64,000 nt of DNA from Callorhinchus milii (Eukaryota), in contig NW_024704755.1 of the NCBI RefSeq assembly GCF_018977255.1, positions 12,524,001 through 12,588,000 of the forward strand. Direction: 5' to 3'. The notes beneath the pieces were generated by a model. The model was not told where the DNA came from. It did no database searches and was given only the letters and a program-made list of their open reading frames with translations. A program made the translations under genes and the position numbers. Of this stretch, positions 12,203 through 25,339 are shown in pieces. Every line of letters begins with the position of its first letter. Positions within the stretch are counted from its first letter, which is position 1.

Positions 12203-13514
12203 TCAGTAATTGATGTGTTGATCAATAAAGGGACGCGTCAGCAACAGAAGAGTAAATTGCAGGAGCCCATACGTTGCAGTTCGTGGTTCCACAGGAAACG
12301 ATACCAGCCAGGATCCAGTTACCATTGTGATCATAAACCAAAGGGCCACCGGAATCTCCCTGGAGGAAAAAATGGGACAGGCTGAACAACCAGTGGTGAG
12401 CAGAACATCCACATTGAGCCCCTCCCTATTCCTCCACCTCCCCCCGCACCAATTTCTGGAGAATTTCCTGACTAATGATCTGGATTGGGTAATGCTAGCT
12501 GATATTTTTCCTTAAAGTGATGAGGCCAATTCCAGAGCCCTCTGCTGCCGCCAACAACATTTATATGGTGCCCTTCACGCAGAGTAGCATTGTGCTGACA
12601 ATCAGGCTCAGCTAACAATCCCACATTTTACCATGATCCTGGTAATAATACTGTAATGCACTGAACTACTGACTGTCCAGTGCCTTGGGATGTCCTCCCG
12701 ACCTGAAAGGCGCTTTATAAATGTAATTTTGATATTGCTTTTCTTGTTGCCATAATATAATAATAACAATCTTCGCATTTGATGGAACACCTTTCATGTC
12801 GGGAGGACGTCTCAAAGCGCTGCTGTAAATTACTTTTATCTGCTGTAAAATTGTCCTTTACAACTTCGAACCTGTGTCCTGCTGCCCTGGCATATCTCAA
12901 AGTACACTTTATTCCTATTTTAAAAAATGACAATTGGATCCTGTTGCTTAAACCACACAGTCTATGGTAGATCTCAATGGAGCAACCCAGCTGCCTATTA
13001 ATCTGCTCCCCAAACACTTGGTTACCTACCTGACACGATGAGGATCCAGAGGCGCCAGCACAAATCATCATGTTAGTAATTCTGTTCCCCCAGTAGTCTT
13101 TGCACTGTTCTTTATCAATTATGGGTATATTTGTCTGCACGAGCCTATTGGAGCTTGCTATATTAGGGAGAGAATGATAATAATGAACAACTAATAATCC
13201 ATGGGATACAGCCCCTTATCACGTTCTTTGAGATGTCTCAAAGCACTTCACAGCTATACTGTAAAGTATAGGTATAGATATATACCTGTAAGTGTATTCA
13301 ACTTCAGTAAAGTACTTAATAGCTTCTTACCACCGCCGGACTCGGTCCTTCCCCACCCAGTGGTAGTACACATTGTGCCTCCTGGAAGATCAATGTTCCA
13401 AGGAATCAGTGCAATTGGAGCAACATAACCATTGTAAATAGCTGGGGAAGACAGCTTGAGTAGGGTGCAGTCATAGTTGAAGGTTTGGGCATTGTAGCTA
13501 GGGTGGGTAGTGAC
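12203..13514 (-). pseudogene. CTRL-like pseudogene (exons 5-7 only; gene 2)
   Basis: Exons 13514-13331, 13157-13030, 12359-12203 are homologous to gene 1. Exon 7 has C201Y, W215C and a 2-bp deletion giving TGA at 12224-12222. Exons 1-4 and the promoter are absent (junction at 13614-13617). Confidence 0.88.
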
Positions 13515-14732
13515 CTGAAACAAAGGCACAAGATGTTATTTCGTCAATAATTGAGGTTGGGTTTGAGTTTTAACCAGAAATTGCAATTTTACTTTTTTTC
13601 CATTTCGGAGTAAATGGCATTTTTTGTGGGCAAAATGTAGCAGCCAATTGCGCACAGCAGTGTCCCACCGACAGTCGTGGATTGTATTTTTTTTAGGAAT
13701 TTTTACCGCCGGACAACTATCCACCGATCGACTAACAGCCAGGTTCGTACTTACTGCTGGGTAAACAGAGGTGTGTGAAGTAAGGAAACTTGCCTAAGGT
13801 TTCATCCTATACATTATACTATATAATAATAATCCTTGTATTTGATATAGTGCCTTATCACGTCTTTGAGATTTCTCAAATTATTATGAGTAATATTATT
13901 TTTAAGGGATTGTTACCTCTGGAAAACTATCCACCAATCGACTAACAACCTAACATTGACATAACATTATATTGATTTCACAATCATCTTCTGCCCCTTG
14001 GTCTGGAGTTGAGGGTGTCTGCGGGCAAATTCCTTGAAACCTCTGTCATCGTGCTCCAACTCAAGCAGGGTGAAACGTTAAGCAAGTTTCCTTATTCCAC
14101 ACGCTTCTTTTGATTTGATCTGAAATCAGGCAAAGAAGAGGAAAGCGGAGGGATTGAGACAGGGAGTTCTGGAGTTTCGGGGCGTAGTGGCTGAAAGCAT
14201 ATCTGCCTGTTCAGGTGAGCGTTAAAGATCCTGTGACACTACTTGGAATAATAAGGGAGTTTCTCCCAGTATCCTGGCCAACAAACCTCCAGTTCTCCTG
14301 GCTGTTTGTGGGACACTGCTTGCAGGTAACTTGGTTACTGTGGTTTACCTACAGAAATATACAGTCATTGCACTTAACAGTGATTATGATGCATCTTTTT
14401 GAGGTGTTTTAGCATTACAGTATAGGCACTGTACCAAATTTAAGGATTAATATTTATCCATGTGAAGCCGGTGCTAAAAAGCCAATGCAAATTGTGGTGT
14501 TTTGGGTTAAACCTGTCAAGACGTTACATTTTCCCACTATTAATCATGTTTAATATGCTTGGTGCGTAAGCACAATGCTTTGGACGAAGATTAGATGTTT
14601 AATGACGCAGCAATTAATATAGATCTGGAAAATTGCTCCTCGGTTTCCCACTCGTGGATAAAATGTTTTTCACTGTCAACCCACCTTCACTGAACCCTGC
14701 ACTCCAAATGTTCCTATTGCATTACACTTGTG

Positions 14733-15031
14733 CCTGCTTCACGTCCCCTGCCTTGTCTGCCCCACCATTGGCGGGTGGGCCTTCAGCCTCTCTGCCCCCA
14801 CCCTCTGGAACTCCATCCCACAGTCCCTCTGCCTCACCCCCTCCCTTGCCTCTTTCAAGACCCATCTCAAGACCCTCCTCTTCAACCGTACCTTCGGTCA
14901 CCCTCCTACCCCTCGCCCTCCACCCCTCCAGATCCCAACCACCAGCTCGGGTGCGGATCCCTGACTGTCCAGCACATTAGGATGCCCTCCTGCCATGAAA
15001 GGCATCATAGAAATGTAATTTGTTGTTGTTG
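14733..15031 (+). mobile_element. L2 LINE 3' fragment with TTGTG target-site duplication
   Basis: Translates CPTIGGWAFSLSAPTLWNSIPQSLCLTPSLASFKTHLKTLLF; (TTG)n tail; TTGTG at 14728-14732 and 15032-15036; empty site at 10180-10184. Confidence 0.8.
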
Positions 15032-15264
15032 TTGTGGTGGTGTGCCTATTTTTAAGCCTATTCTTTTTCTGTTTAGTTTTACAAATAGTTTCTAAGTGCC
15101 TTTGCTGGAGTAGATGTCAGCCTGGCTCAGGTGGTGGCACTCACCTCTGAGTCGGACTGGGAGAGGGCGGGCGGGAGAGATGGAGGGATAGTGAGATGGA
15201 ATTACAAACGACCAATTTTAGAACGCACTATATTCTAAATGTTTTTTTATTTTAAATGCTTTGG

Positions 15265-15700
15265 TGCTGCAAGCCAAAGGAGCTGGCAGGGTAGTCCTAG
15301 GTGGACAAGCAGTGGGAAAGCTTGTAGTATTAATGGCAAGCTGTGCGGTTTTAGCTGGTTAGACTCCAGGAGTACCCCCAACGCGCACTCTGGGCTCCCC
15401 AATCCTTGGCTGTTGCCAACCTGTGCCAAGTACTTTGCGGTATTAGGTAAGCAGGGAGAGAAAGCGCACTCCATTCCAACAATCTATAATGATATAATAA
15501 TCCTTGCATTTGATATAGCGCTTTTCACGTTTTCTCGACGTCTCAAAGCGCTTCACAGAATAGACTGTAAAGTGAATTGACCGTATATTTGTGGGCGAAT
15601 CTCCGTGTGTAGGTGGGATACATTGAAACCTCAGTTTGGTTTGGATGCTCTTAAGCATGGTGATGGGTTTCCGCATGTGTCAGACACCCGGCTGAACCCC
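15265..15700 (+). repeat. Unclassified dispersed repeat, interrupted by a SINE tail at ~15487-15600
   Basis: Homologous to 18870-19200 and 61640-62040 (shared GTGTAGGTG.GAT...TTGGTTTGGAT.CTC...CATGT..(C)GACAC.C..CTGA). Confidence 0.7.
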
Positions 15701-16208
15701 CCTAAAAATTCTCTAATGTAAATGAACTGAGATCAAGTAGCTGAACAGTTGAGTCATAAAGATAACGCAAGGATTCAGATGCCTTAGATTTATTGGTTTG
15801 ATTGCAACAACTAAAAACACTGGGATTCAAAGAGAGACAGCGTTGCATCTCTGGACGCTACTTGCACATATGTGGGATTCCTTTCAAAATCCACTGATTT
15901 TTACTGTTCTTGCTGTGTTTTTAAGTCATGCTCTTTTTCTCAAAAACTTTCTCTCAGAAAGTAGGATTTAATCATACAAGTGATATGGAATAACAGATCT
16001 TTGTGACTGAGATACTGTGGTTAAACGTTGAAAGTTATAGTCCAAATGGATATCAGGAGAAAATGCTCAGACAGGGCAAGGTTGGGAGCACTGAGGAGGT
16101 TATTCTCACTCTGTACGTTCGATTGTGTGTCAGCCTCTCGAACCTCTGATTCAAAAGGTGTGGGTTCAAGCCTCCCCTCTCCAAATCAGGTCTTGGAATC
16201 ACATAGCC

Positions 16209-16616
16209 CAGCGTGGTCCAACTGGCGGCCCGGCGGTTGATGTTATCCGGCCCGAGGCCATTTCTGACTTCCACTCCCTCCCATCCTGGTGAATATCCTT
16301 CCATGGCAGCAGCAGGAGCCTGCAGTTGGGATGATGCAGTGCTGAAAGTGAAAATGATACTGACCGTTTCTGCAGGAAGGCAAGCGCGTGCCGCTGTAGA
16401 TAGTGAATCACGAATCACGTGGCTGTTTATGAGAGGGATTGAGAGGGGGTGAAAGAAGGAGGAGAGGGTGGAGAGAGTGATTGAATGAAAGGGAGAGAGG
16501 AGTGTGTGTGTGTGAGAGTGGTGAGAAAGCGAGAGAGAGAGAGCGAGACTGTGGCCTGCAGAACTTTTTCAAGTAGGAAATCCAGCCCGTGGTAGCCAAA
16601 AGGTTAGACTAGCCTG
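16209..16616. mobile_element. Putative hAT/Charlie-like MITE nested in a Deu SINE
   Basis: Imperfect 14-bp TIR CAGCGTGGTCCAAC / rc CAGGCTAGTCTAAC with subterminal GGCCCG motifs; the host SINE head (16130-16208) resumes at 16617. No clean 8-bp TSD. Confidence 0.55.
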
Positions 16617-16927
16617 GCCTAAGCTGACACTCCATTAAACTGAGGATCCGTCTGCCTGTTCAGGTGGACATTAAAAATCCCCTGGCACTATTCGAAAAGA
16701 GAATGGAGTTTTTCCCGGTGTCCTGGCCAATAAATCCTCCAAAGAAGATTGGTCACTCACTCCATGGCTGTCTGTGGGACACTGCTGTGCACAAACTGGC
16801 TGCCACTTTTCGCTCACAAAATACATAGTCAATCTACTTTACAGTATATCCTGTTAAGTGCTCTGAGATGACTCATTGACGTGATAAGGTGCTATATCAA
16901 ATGCAAGGATTATTATTATTATTATTA
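16617..16927 (+). mobile_element. Deu-domain SINE body and tail
   Basis: AAACTGAGGATCCGTCTGCCTGTTCAGGTGGACATTAAAAATCCC...(ATT)n tail. Confidence 0.75.
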
Positions 16928-18191
16928 TCCTAAAGCTTATTTGTTAAGCACCATCCTTCTGTTTGCTCTTCGTCCCTGTGCACTTATAGATAATTCCAAT
17001 CAATTTTATATGCGTTTTAAATTTTCATGAGTTTATCTCAAATAGCAAGGAGAAATGACCTAAGCTCAACAAAGACAGGAAGGACTTCCATATTAATAGC
17101 CTCTCTACTACATCTTTATCTTGTTTATTATTTTTTAATCGCTTCACAGTTAGTTTAGTGTAGTTACTGTTTTTGTGTGGGAAAGTTACAGCCAGTTACA
17201 TTAGCAAGTCCCACAAAGAGCCAAGGGGTGAATGCCCGATTATTGTGGAGAATTGCTGGCCAGACAAGCAGAGTTCAGCATTATGCTTCAAAGGGAGGAT
17301 AAATGTGAGAAGTGAACTTACGGAACAGCCCCCCCCACCGCCCCCCCAGGGAGACAGATGGTGGAAGCAAAAAATATCATTTGTTTCAAGAACAAATGAG
17401 ATAGATTTCTGCTAGAAAATAATATCTGGGGATACAGTATATAGTCTGGGACACGACATGTCAAACGACTGCCAGGATGGTGGAAGGCGAACTAGATGGA
17501 TCTTCTTTCGTCAGTAACGTCATGTGTTTTTATGAGAATAACGCATTAGCCCAGTGCAGTGAACTCCCTTGACTGAGCGCAGACAGTACAAATTTCCCCC
17601 CACTCCCTCCCAAGTTACCGCACTCTGTGAACCTCTGATGTCTGAAAAAATAGCATTTGAAGTACATTTTTGTGTCTATGTTTTTTGACAGTGTCACAAG
17701 TTTTTAACTATTTAGGTAGGGCTTTATTTTTAAGTAAGAATTTTCCCTATTTGTACCAAACTCCGTCGAAGAGGTCAAAGGTCTCCTGTCTCCGATGCTG
17801 AACCTTTAATTCACCGATGCCCATTTCTTGCTATACTGAGACTCATGGGTGAGAATGTATGTAAAGGTGGACGCATCACACAGGTAGGAGAGAGGAAAGC
17901 AAAGAGGTGCCTTCTAGTTTAGAAACCGGCTCCGTGCTATACTAAAACACTTTGAAACATCCTCCCGATGAGAGAGATGCTACATAAATGTGTATTGTGC
18001 TGTAACTATGTATTGTATTGAAAGGCTGTACCCTGGAGAGAGAGCAACACAGACTAATGTGAAGCAATGCTCGCTAATGTGAGAAACACGCCACAGGTTG
18101 CTTGGTGACTTCATCAATAACTTGATCAACAAAGGCACTGGACAAACATTAATCTCAACATTTACCAAGGCAAGATGTAATTTGCAAATTA

Positions 18192-18197
18192 TTTATT
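18192..18197 (-). terminator. Polyadenylation signal
   Basis: AATAAA ~35 nt after the stop at 18231. Confidence 0.7.
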
Positions 18198-18230
18198 TAA
18201 AATGGGAATTAATGTTAACATCTGTGCTTT

Positions 18231-21200
18231 TTAATTGTAAGCAATTGTCTGCTCGATCCACGATCTGAACATTGTCACCCGGGTGTAAACGGCAGGGGTG
18301 CTGGTGGAACAGTAGCCGCTGCCCCAGGAAACAATTCCCACCAGATTCCAGGCTCCTCCATTCTGACACACCAGAGGGCCACCAGAGTCACCCTGGAAGC
18401 AGAACACGTCCGAGTTAATATGATTGTTGCGAACTTCAGCTTAAAAATAAATACCTCGTAAGAAAAAGGTGTCCAGGGGCCAAAGCGCAACCCTCCAGGA
18501 CATGATCTCCCCTCACCCCATCTCATTCTGCTTTGAATCCCACCTGAAGATCTAACTGTTTGACCCAGCCTACAGTCACCTCCTCCACCACCCCTGAGAA
18601 GAGTCCAACCCCACCACTGTGGAGCACTCCCACACGGTATCCTGTGTGAAAGGCGCTATACAAAAGCAAGTTGTTGTCTTCGAACAACCCCAAAGTTTCT
18701 TTTGTGCTTCTACTGTGTTACTTGGTAGTTTATTACGAACATTTATCACCCTTTGACATTTTGCTGGTATCAGTTTAAATTTACTTTCCACTAATTTGCG
18801 TTTCACTCTTAGGTTTCCTGACTTACTTAAAATCATTACTTTTGCTTCACCTGATCCAAACTGTTTACATATTGGTATGGTCCTATCTGGACAAGCAACG
18901 GAAAGCTTGCCAGACAGCGATATCCGTGGCAAGCTGTGCGTTTTTCAGCTGGTTAGGACCCCAGCAGTTTCCCCAACGCCCGCTCTGGGGTCCCCAGCCC
19001 GAGCCTAAAACCTTCCTGAATTACGTAAGCGGGATTCGCCCCTCCAGCGAAAGAAATAGCGCATTCTATTCCATTCCAACAATCTAACTCTGGGATTTCC
19101 ACGTGTAGGTGGGATGCATGGAATTCTCAGCTTGGTTTGGATACTCTTTAGCCTGGTGATGGCGTTCGACATGTCCGACACTCGGCTGAGCAAAAATAAA
19201 AGTTACTAGCCCCAACTGTGTTGTCTCTGGGCCGTGAAGCTCAAGTTGAGTGCAATTTGGCTTCACGGATCACCCATTACACCTGGGATATAGTTAACGC
19301 AGTCCAATGTTGGCTGCGTGAACATCAGACATACCATGCAGGATGTGGCTCCTGCTGCCCCAGCGCAGATCATGGCATCGGTGATCATGTTGGTCCAAAT
19401 GTTGTTACACTGTTCGTAGGTGAGCAGAGGGAGGGCTGCCTGCTGCAGGATGCATGGAGTGTTGGAGTCTGATCAAACAGAGAGAGAGAAATTTTAACAT
19501 ATCATTGCATTTCCAAATAAAAATAATAATCCTTCCATTTGATATCACGCCTTATCGTGTCGTTGAGACATCTCAAAATGCTTCACAGAATATACGGTAA
19601 AGTGGATTTACTGTATATTTTGTGGGTGAAACGCTATTGCTACCTGATTTTCTAAAGCACTTTTCTACAAATTAACCCCACTTTTCAGTTCTCTCCTGAT
19701 TCCCATTAACTACCAAAAAACATCCGATGTTAAGTCCTGCAGGAGTTCTAACTTTCAGCCACTAAATGACATCGAGGCAGGGGCTCTCCTGCTTGGCTCG
19801 TGTCAACGCCTTCTCACCTCAGGCTCTGACCACATCGACCCCCCCACGGATACTCATATGGAGCCATTGCTATCACCTGTTTGACCTTCAATCACTACCT
19901 TCTGAGCTCTCACTCTCTGAGATTTTCCTCAGCTCCACCCCACAGTCCACCTCGAGCCTTACTTCTCCCTCCGAGCTGCCCAAACCCTTGTTCCTATCTT
20001 AATCACGCTCAGGCTCGATCATTCTGAATGCCCTGCCCATTTGCAGAATTGATTGCTTGTTGAATCTAGCAACGGGAATGAATTAAGATGTACAAAGATA
20101 TAAAGCTCACATACCAAATGGATTGGTCAGTCCCCATCCTGAAGTCATACACATCTTGCCACCAGGGAAAAGGTCAGGATTCGAAGCCAGACAGACAGGA
20201 GATATACGGGGAGTGAAGGTAACCGAAGATTTCAGCTTGACCACAGTCACGTCATTGTTGATGTTGTACGAATCCCAGTTAGGGTGAGTGAAGGCCTGCA
20301 ACAGATGATTTCAGGATTACCTATGTAATTCTTAAAAGAAAAAGAAAAGCTTCTGCCCTCCCCGCCCACTCCCGTTGCACAGAAAGACAAACAGTTTATT
20401 CTGGTACTCTACATCGTGGAAAAGCAGGTGACATATTGCCTTTGTTTGCTGCAATCTTATTGCCACCAGGTGATTTATGCCAAAATCAAATCTGTATTTT
20501 CTTCATTTCCTTTTAGATTGGTGCAGAGAGAATGGGTTCTGCCTGGTCAATACTAAATTAGTATTAGAAAATCTCTATATACTTTTGCCACACTAATAAC
20601 CATGTTATTTTCTAAGTCACACTCTGGATCCTGTGCTGATGTGGATTGGGAACCATACATTTTTAGATTCAATTTGCAGGGCTTTGGGGTAAGAGTGGAG
20701 GAGTGAGACTAGTTGGATATCTCTTTCAAAGACCCAGGACAGGCACATTGGGCCACTGGCCTCCTTCTGTGCTGTAAGATTCTATGATTCTATGATATTT
20801 TAGTGGGTTATGGTACACACGTAGGTAGAAATTCCACCTGGATCTGACTGGAGATTCGCTCTATGAACGTAACATTTTCCAGTGAGCAGAATATGGTAAA
20901 TTGTTGAATTCGGTTTTAACTTCGACCGCCTATTTTCTGTGGGTTTTAAGAGAACTTACATAATGAATTCCATGGATTACTTCCAAGACATTAGCAGACT
21001 GGAATCAACAAACTTTTTGCAGACGGAACTCGGTTTTGCCTTTAAAGAGGATCAGTTGATTTTGGGTTCATTTAGGTCACATCAGCTGTTACCAGGGTTT
21101 TTAAAGGAGTCTCATTAATGCGTAGAGTTGGGAGTTTAAAATGCAGGCAGCCTGTCTTCAAATCTTGATTATGTTGCTCATCAGTAGTTAGCGCCTTGGG

Positions 21201-23111
21201 ATGTCCTCCCGACGTGAAAGGCTCTATACAAATGTAATTGTGTTGTTGTTGTAGTTCTGAGCTGCAGCAGGGTCTGATGTCTTTTGGGGAATCAACTTTG
21301 GAAGTAGCTGTGAGCTGTTATAGTGTCAATATGTACCATTTATAATGTATTCTATCACCTACAGTATAACTACTCTATACTGTAATCAGACTGTGGCATT
21401 TTAAGGAAGCCAGTGGCAAAGTCCTTTGTATTGATGTTAGACTGCAGAGATAGCTGGCTCTTGCATCGACATGAACTCTAGATCGCGTGGAAGCACAATA
21501 GCTGAATCCAGTCGAAAAAGCCAACAGGTAAAGTCAACAGGGTGAACAGTACTTTGAAAAGGGCATAGGATAGAGGGTTCACGATTAGAAAATGTCTACG
21601 TACCCTTGCGACACCCACAACCACGTTATCTTCTGAACTTGAGCATTTATTATGTGCTCCAAGAACCACGTAATGGCTTTGGCTAAAGGTAAAGAATAAA
21701 TCACACTCAGGAATGGTAATAAGAATCCTTGCATTTGATATAGCGCTTTTCACGTTTTCTAGACGTCTCAAAGTGCTTCACAGAATACACTCTAAAGTGA
21801 ATTGACTGTATATTGGTGGGCGAAACGTGGCAGCCAATTGTGCACAGCAGTGTTCCACAAACAGTCGTGGATTGAGTGACCAAATTACTTTTTTTTTGAG
21901 GGATTATTATCCTCGGAAAAGCGATCCGCCAATCGACTAACAACCGGGTTACTACTTACTGCTAGGTAAACAGAGGCGTGTGGAGTAAGGAAACTTGCCC
22001 AACATTCCTACCCTGATGGGAATAGAACCCAGGTAGCGTCTTATCACTTTGTTGAGACGTCTCAAAGGGTTTCGCTCTAAAGTAAAATTACTGTGTATTT
22101 TGTGGGCGAAACACAGCAGCCAATTGTGCACAGAAGTGTCCCACAAACAGCTGTGGATTGAGTGGTCATATTATAAAAAAATTGGGAGGGATTATTACCC
22201 CCAGAAAGCAATCTGGTTCTAGTATTACTTTTCCTTGTAACGTACCATGTATTGCTCTATACATGGGGAGAAACGTTTCATAATGAGGTTGTAAAACTTA
22301 CCCTACACCACAATGAGCAGCAGTTACAACCCAGTTTTCATTGAGCAGGGAACCACCGCAGAAATGCCAGCCACTGTAGTCCTGTTACATAAAAGAGATA
22401 GGTTTTCAGCATAGAGAGTGATCGTCGCTGTGCAAAAGTCCATCGGCAGCAATCTTGTCAGTACTATGTGCGTATTGCCACATAATTCACACTTGGAATA
22501 GCAGTGATGGCTGAACTGTGCATTAGCCGCAGATGTTCCAATAAAGAAAGGAGAGTTTCAAATATACAGTAGTAATTTACTGTTTACTGTTTTGACATGG
22601 TGAACAATGAGTCAACTAACATCCCTGGATCTCTGTCAGCTACCCCCTTGACAGGTTCCATCCCATCCATGCATTTGATTTCCCAGTATTGTCTATCATT
22701 CAGATGAACACACCCGCTCCCCAAAAAATAGATTTTAAAATATCCGTGCATTGCACTGCTTCTGTTCAGTGGCAGTCTTTACTGCGCTGTTTCCCCTTAT
22801 AAGTAGAGTGAGCCACCTGAATAGCAGCAGACTGTCCCATTCACTTACCTGCAGTGAGATTTGCCAGGGCCAAGATCCTGAAACAGCATCTTCACCATTT
22901 ACTATCCTGGAGTAGCCGGTAATAACGGGGTTGATCGCAGGGCGACCGCACTCTGGATTGAGAAGACACAAGTGCGCAGAATAAGAATTCGTTCAATCAA
23001 AGCATCTCTATATAAAATAGAAACTACAGTGTCTCTCAGTACACTCAGCTTACCCAGTCCATAAGCAGCATTGATGAGATACAGGCATGAGAGAACCCAA
23101 AGGAAAGCCAT
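18231..23111 (-). CDS. CTRB: Chymotrypsinogen (CTRB-like), intact 7-exon gene, 265 aa (gene 3)
   Basis: Exons 23111-23054, 22952-22849, 22381-22302, 21682-21604, 20295-20115, 19468-19335, 18392-18231. [15 protein letters not shown]|IVNG, TAAHC, NNDV, ATSCMGDSGG, ends IEQTIAYN*. Confidence 0.93.
18870..19201 (+). repeat. Unclassified dispersed repeat (best-preserved 3' end, A-rich tail)
   Basis: Homologous to 15265-15700 and 61640-62040; ends CACTCGGCTGAGCAAAAATAAAA. Confidence 0.7.
21716..22033 (-). mobile_element. tRNA-derived SINE (young family)
   Basis: Reverse complement of the 1624 family. Confidence 0.8.
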
Positions 23112-23148
23112 GGTGCTTGATTTGTGGTCGAGAGTTAGTACTCACACC

Positions 23149-23189
23149 TTTATATAGTCTGAAGGCAAAGGTGGGTATCTAATAGATAA
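23149..23189 (-). promoter_or_regulatory. TATA box and GATA site, gene 3 promoter
   Basis: TATATAAA at 23156-23149; AGATAA at 23184-23189. Confidence 0.65.
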
Positions 23190-24019
23190 AAATTCATAGC
23201 CATGTGTACATGGCAGGTTTTTTCCAAAGGTAAATTGATATTATGAAAAGTACACATCATTTAAAATGTTGATCAAAAAATAGCTGAAGTTTAACAGATA
23301 CAGAGTTAGTTTCCCAAGAAATGTCACAGTGGAAGTGTTCAATCTTTTGAATACTTGGCCAAGACACAGTGTAAAACTACCTTCTCTTTTTGTATTTGGC
23401 TAATCTGGTCAAACGTCAATGGAAAATTGACTTGTTTCCACTCCAGGTGCTTCTCACTGCTCTGCGTCCAGTGGACTCTAGTTAGGCAGCTACACATGGA
23501 ACAAACTGGCAGCTTCGATGATAGAGCAAATGCTCTTTGTTGGGACATGAAAACTTGGTCCACTGCAGTGCTCAGGGCATCTTTCATCTCAAAGATGTGA
23601 TGATTATTATTAATATTATTATTATTCATTTGATTGGAATAGCCAAAAGCAACCATTAAAAAATTGTTAGAGACTGACGTGTGACTTTTTGCAGCAGGTT
23701 CCTCAGTTCCACTTTCTCTACAGTTAACAAAAGTGACCTTGAGCGACTACTGAGCCAGTGCTTGGACAGCTAATGCAGCTGTTAATCTAGTTAGGAGACT
23801 GGGAGCTGAGTACGTGTAAATAAACTCACAGATGGGGCAGATGGCATTGAGTTGAGGTGTGTACAAGGGAACCGACTGATGCAATAGTTAGATATTGGCC
23901 TTTTAATACCTGAGGCCTGGGTTTGAATCCTCAGCTTTTACTCATGTGTAAAATGGCAGTGCAATATTCAGCAAATTGTTTGATTTATGGGGTGAGCGAT
24001 CCTCTCACTCGTTTTCAAA

Positions 24020-24375
24020 TCCTTTCATGCCCTCGCACCTCCCTACCAATCTGCTTACCCCCCCTACTCCACCACCCGCTGCCTCTGCTCAGCTGGCTCT
24101 GGCTTCCTGATGGTCCCCTCGAGCCCTCCGTTCCACCATCCTTGGCAGGTCCTTCAACCACTGCGCCCTGAAACTCTGGAACTTTCTCCCTCCACCTTGC
24201 CCCCTCCCTCCCACCTTCAAATCCCACCTAAAGGCCTTCCTTTTTGATCGTGCTTATGGTCACCTTCCCGCTCTCTCTTCCCCTGGCTTGGTGTCAGACT
24301 TCACCACTGTCAAGCACTCCGGATGCTACCCTGAGTGAAGGGCAGTATATAAATGCAAATTGTTGTTATTGTTGT
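24020..24375 (+). mobile_element. L2 LINE 3' fragment
   Basis: Same L2 3' sequence as 14733-15031 with TATAAATGCAAATTGTTGTT tail. Confidence 0.65.
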
Positions 24376-25339
24376 AGAGGTGGGGAAAGTGAGTCATAGA
24401 CAGGGAGAGTGAGGAAATCAGAGATAAAATAGAAAGAGGTCAGGGTTGGAATTAAAGTGTCAGTGTAACTGTTGATGATGGCAGATGTTTTCAGTTAGTA
24501 TTGCAGCCAATTAGTACTTTATGTGATGACCTAATATCTGCACTGTTTTCATATCCATAACAGGGCTGGTCCCAAGTAATGTGGAAATCAAGCTCTTTAC
24601 TATATTGTTTCTGAAGGATGCCCATTTATGCTTTAGTGGTTCCCTTTATTAAAATTACTAAGCTCATCTTTGACAACCCTGAATCTGTCCATCTAAAGAG
24701 TAAGCAATTGGTTACATTCTCATGCTCTTTCCCAAGTCTGATTGAATGTCATTTTCTGTGGTCACTCACTATCACCTAGTCCTAGTGACTCAACTCTGTC
24801 AGTGTTAGCCAACACATGGCCCACGGGCCAGAAATGCCCCCCCAACCTTCCTCTGAGTCTAGGTAAGCCTTTTTGAATCAAGGGTTTGTTTCTAGTTGTT
24901 ACTAAGTGCCGCGATTTATGGTGTAGCCATAAATCATGAAATATTCAATCAAAAAAATGTATTTGGTTGGCGGACTAAAAAGTTGGCCACCACTGAACTA
25001 CTTATACTCCGTGAATTGTCTTTTGGTTATTTACAAAAAACAACTCTGAGACAGAGCTGCCCCTTGTCAGGAAGCAATTCATGCACTACACCGATAAGCT
25101 TGAACTAGTTTATATTGGGCTGATTGAAATATTCTTTCGATACTATTTTTTCCTTCCTCACATATGTCATAAATTTGTCCTATTTGCTTCAGTCTGCTGT
25201 TGTCAGCGCCTTGGGGTGTCCTCCCAACGTGAAAGGAGCTACACAAAGTAATGTGTTGTCTATTGTTGTTGTTATTATGCTCTTTCCTTTTTCTTCTAAG
25301 CCCTTTCAACCAGGGACTATCAATACCCTAATCGTGTTT

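Larger units (their letters stand above)
10750..15153. repeat. Segmental duplication copy B (contains CTRL-like pseudogene)
   Basis: Colinear with 2510-5239 and then 9046-10303; 13620-14670 is almost identical to 9050-10100. Confidence 0.85.

Noticed and set aside
19005-19193. Recurring peptide LKSIQTKLR in ORFs at 15443, 19005 and 61780
   Set aside because: Antisense translation of the same dispersed repeat; frames are not preserved between copies.
20416-20431. PTF1-like E-box plus TC-box (rc CACCTGCTTTTCCACG) in gene 3 intron 4
   Set aside because: Spacing is shorter than canonical and it is not seen in paralogous introns.
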